The notes under the pieces: model-generated
The model's database searches: none
What the model saw: the letters and a program-made list of their open reading frames with translations, nothing else
What the model was told of the DNA's origin: nothing
DNA from: Chiloscyllium plagiosum
Taxonomy: Eukaryota
Assembly: GCF_004010195.1 (NCBI RefSeq)
Contig: NC_057720.1
Span: 10,544,355 to 10,566,394, forward strand
Direction: 5' to 3'
Length of the DNA: 22,040 nucleotides
In this document: positions 21,897-22,040 of the stretch, in pieces
Numbering within the stretch: the stretch's first letter is position 1
Layout: each line of letters opens with the position of its first letter
Program-made: the position numbers and the translations under genes

Positions 21897-22040
21897 TCTA
21901 GATTAAACTGGTGCTGGAAAAGCACAGCAGTTCAGGCAGCATCCGAGGAGCAGGAAAATCGATGTTTCGGGCAAAAGCCCTTCATCAGGAATAAAAGCAG
22001 AGTGCCTGCAGGGTGGAGAGATAAATGAGAGGAGGGTGGG
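21897..22040 (-). mobile_element. Penelope-like element 3' terminus (continues beyond the window) with hammerhead-like core at 21961-21988
   Basis: Reverse complement aligns with 19743-19880; minus strand reads CUGAUGA-A-GGGC-UUUU-GCCC-GAAA-CAUC. Confidence 0.88.

Noticed and set aside
735..22040. Recurring repeats near RT and GIY-YIG genes read as a CRISPR, retron or other prokaryotic defence system
   Set aside because: The repeats are dispersed, not regularly spaced, and the context is a spliced vertebrate gene with eukaryotic retroelements.
16432..22040. Expected preceding CLCA exon with the VLDxSGSM MIDAS motif
   Set aside because: Not found by eye; the region is accounted for by repeats, so the exon is presumably outside the window, although deletion cannot be excluded.

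Overview
Eukaryotic genomic DNA; the repeat content (HE1-like V-SINE, HER1/CR1-type LINE tails) points to a cartilaginous fish, probably a shark (inference). The minus strand carries the last eight coding exons of a CLCA (calcium-activated chloride channel regulator) gene at 16431 to 2839, all with canonical GT-AG introns. The 5' exons (metalloprotease domain and the DxSxS exon of the vWA domain) are not seen and presumably lie beyond position 22040. The three vWA exons are intact. Downstream exons carry two clear frameshifts, one nonsense codon and a probable third frameshift that detaches a C-terminal transmembrane anchor, so this copy looks like a pseudogene or a truncated paralog. Introns and flanks are packed with CR1-type LINEs, a second APE-LINE lineage, a SINE, possible LTR pieces and Penelope-like elements (PLEs). 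The most notable non-coding structures are PLE termini carrying minimal hammerhead-ribozyme cores (CUGANGA-A-GGGC-loop-GCCC-GAAACGUC). One of these sits in a young 207-bp insertion with a perfect 79-bp inverted repeat and a 15-bp target-site duplication (TSD).
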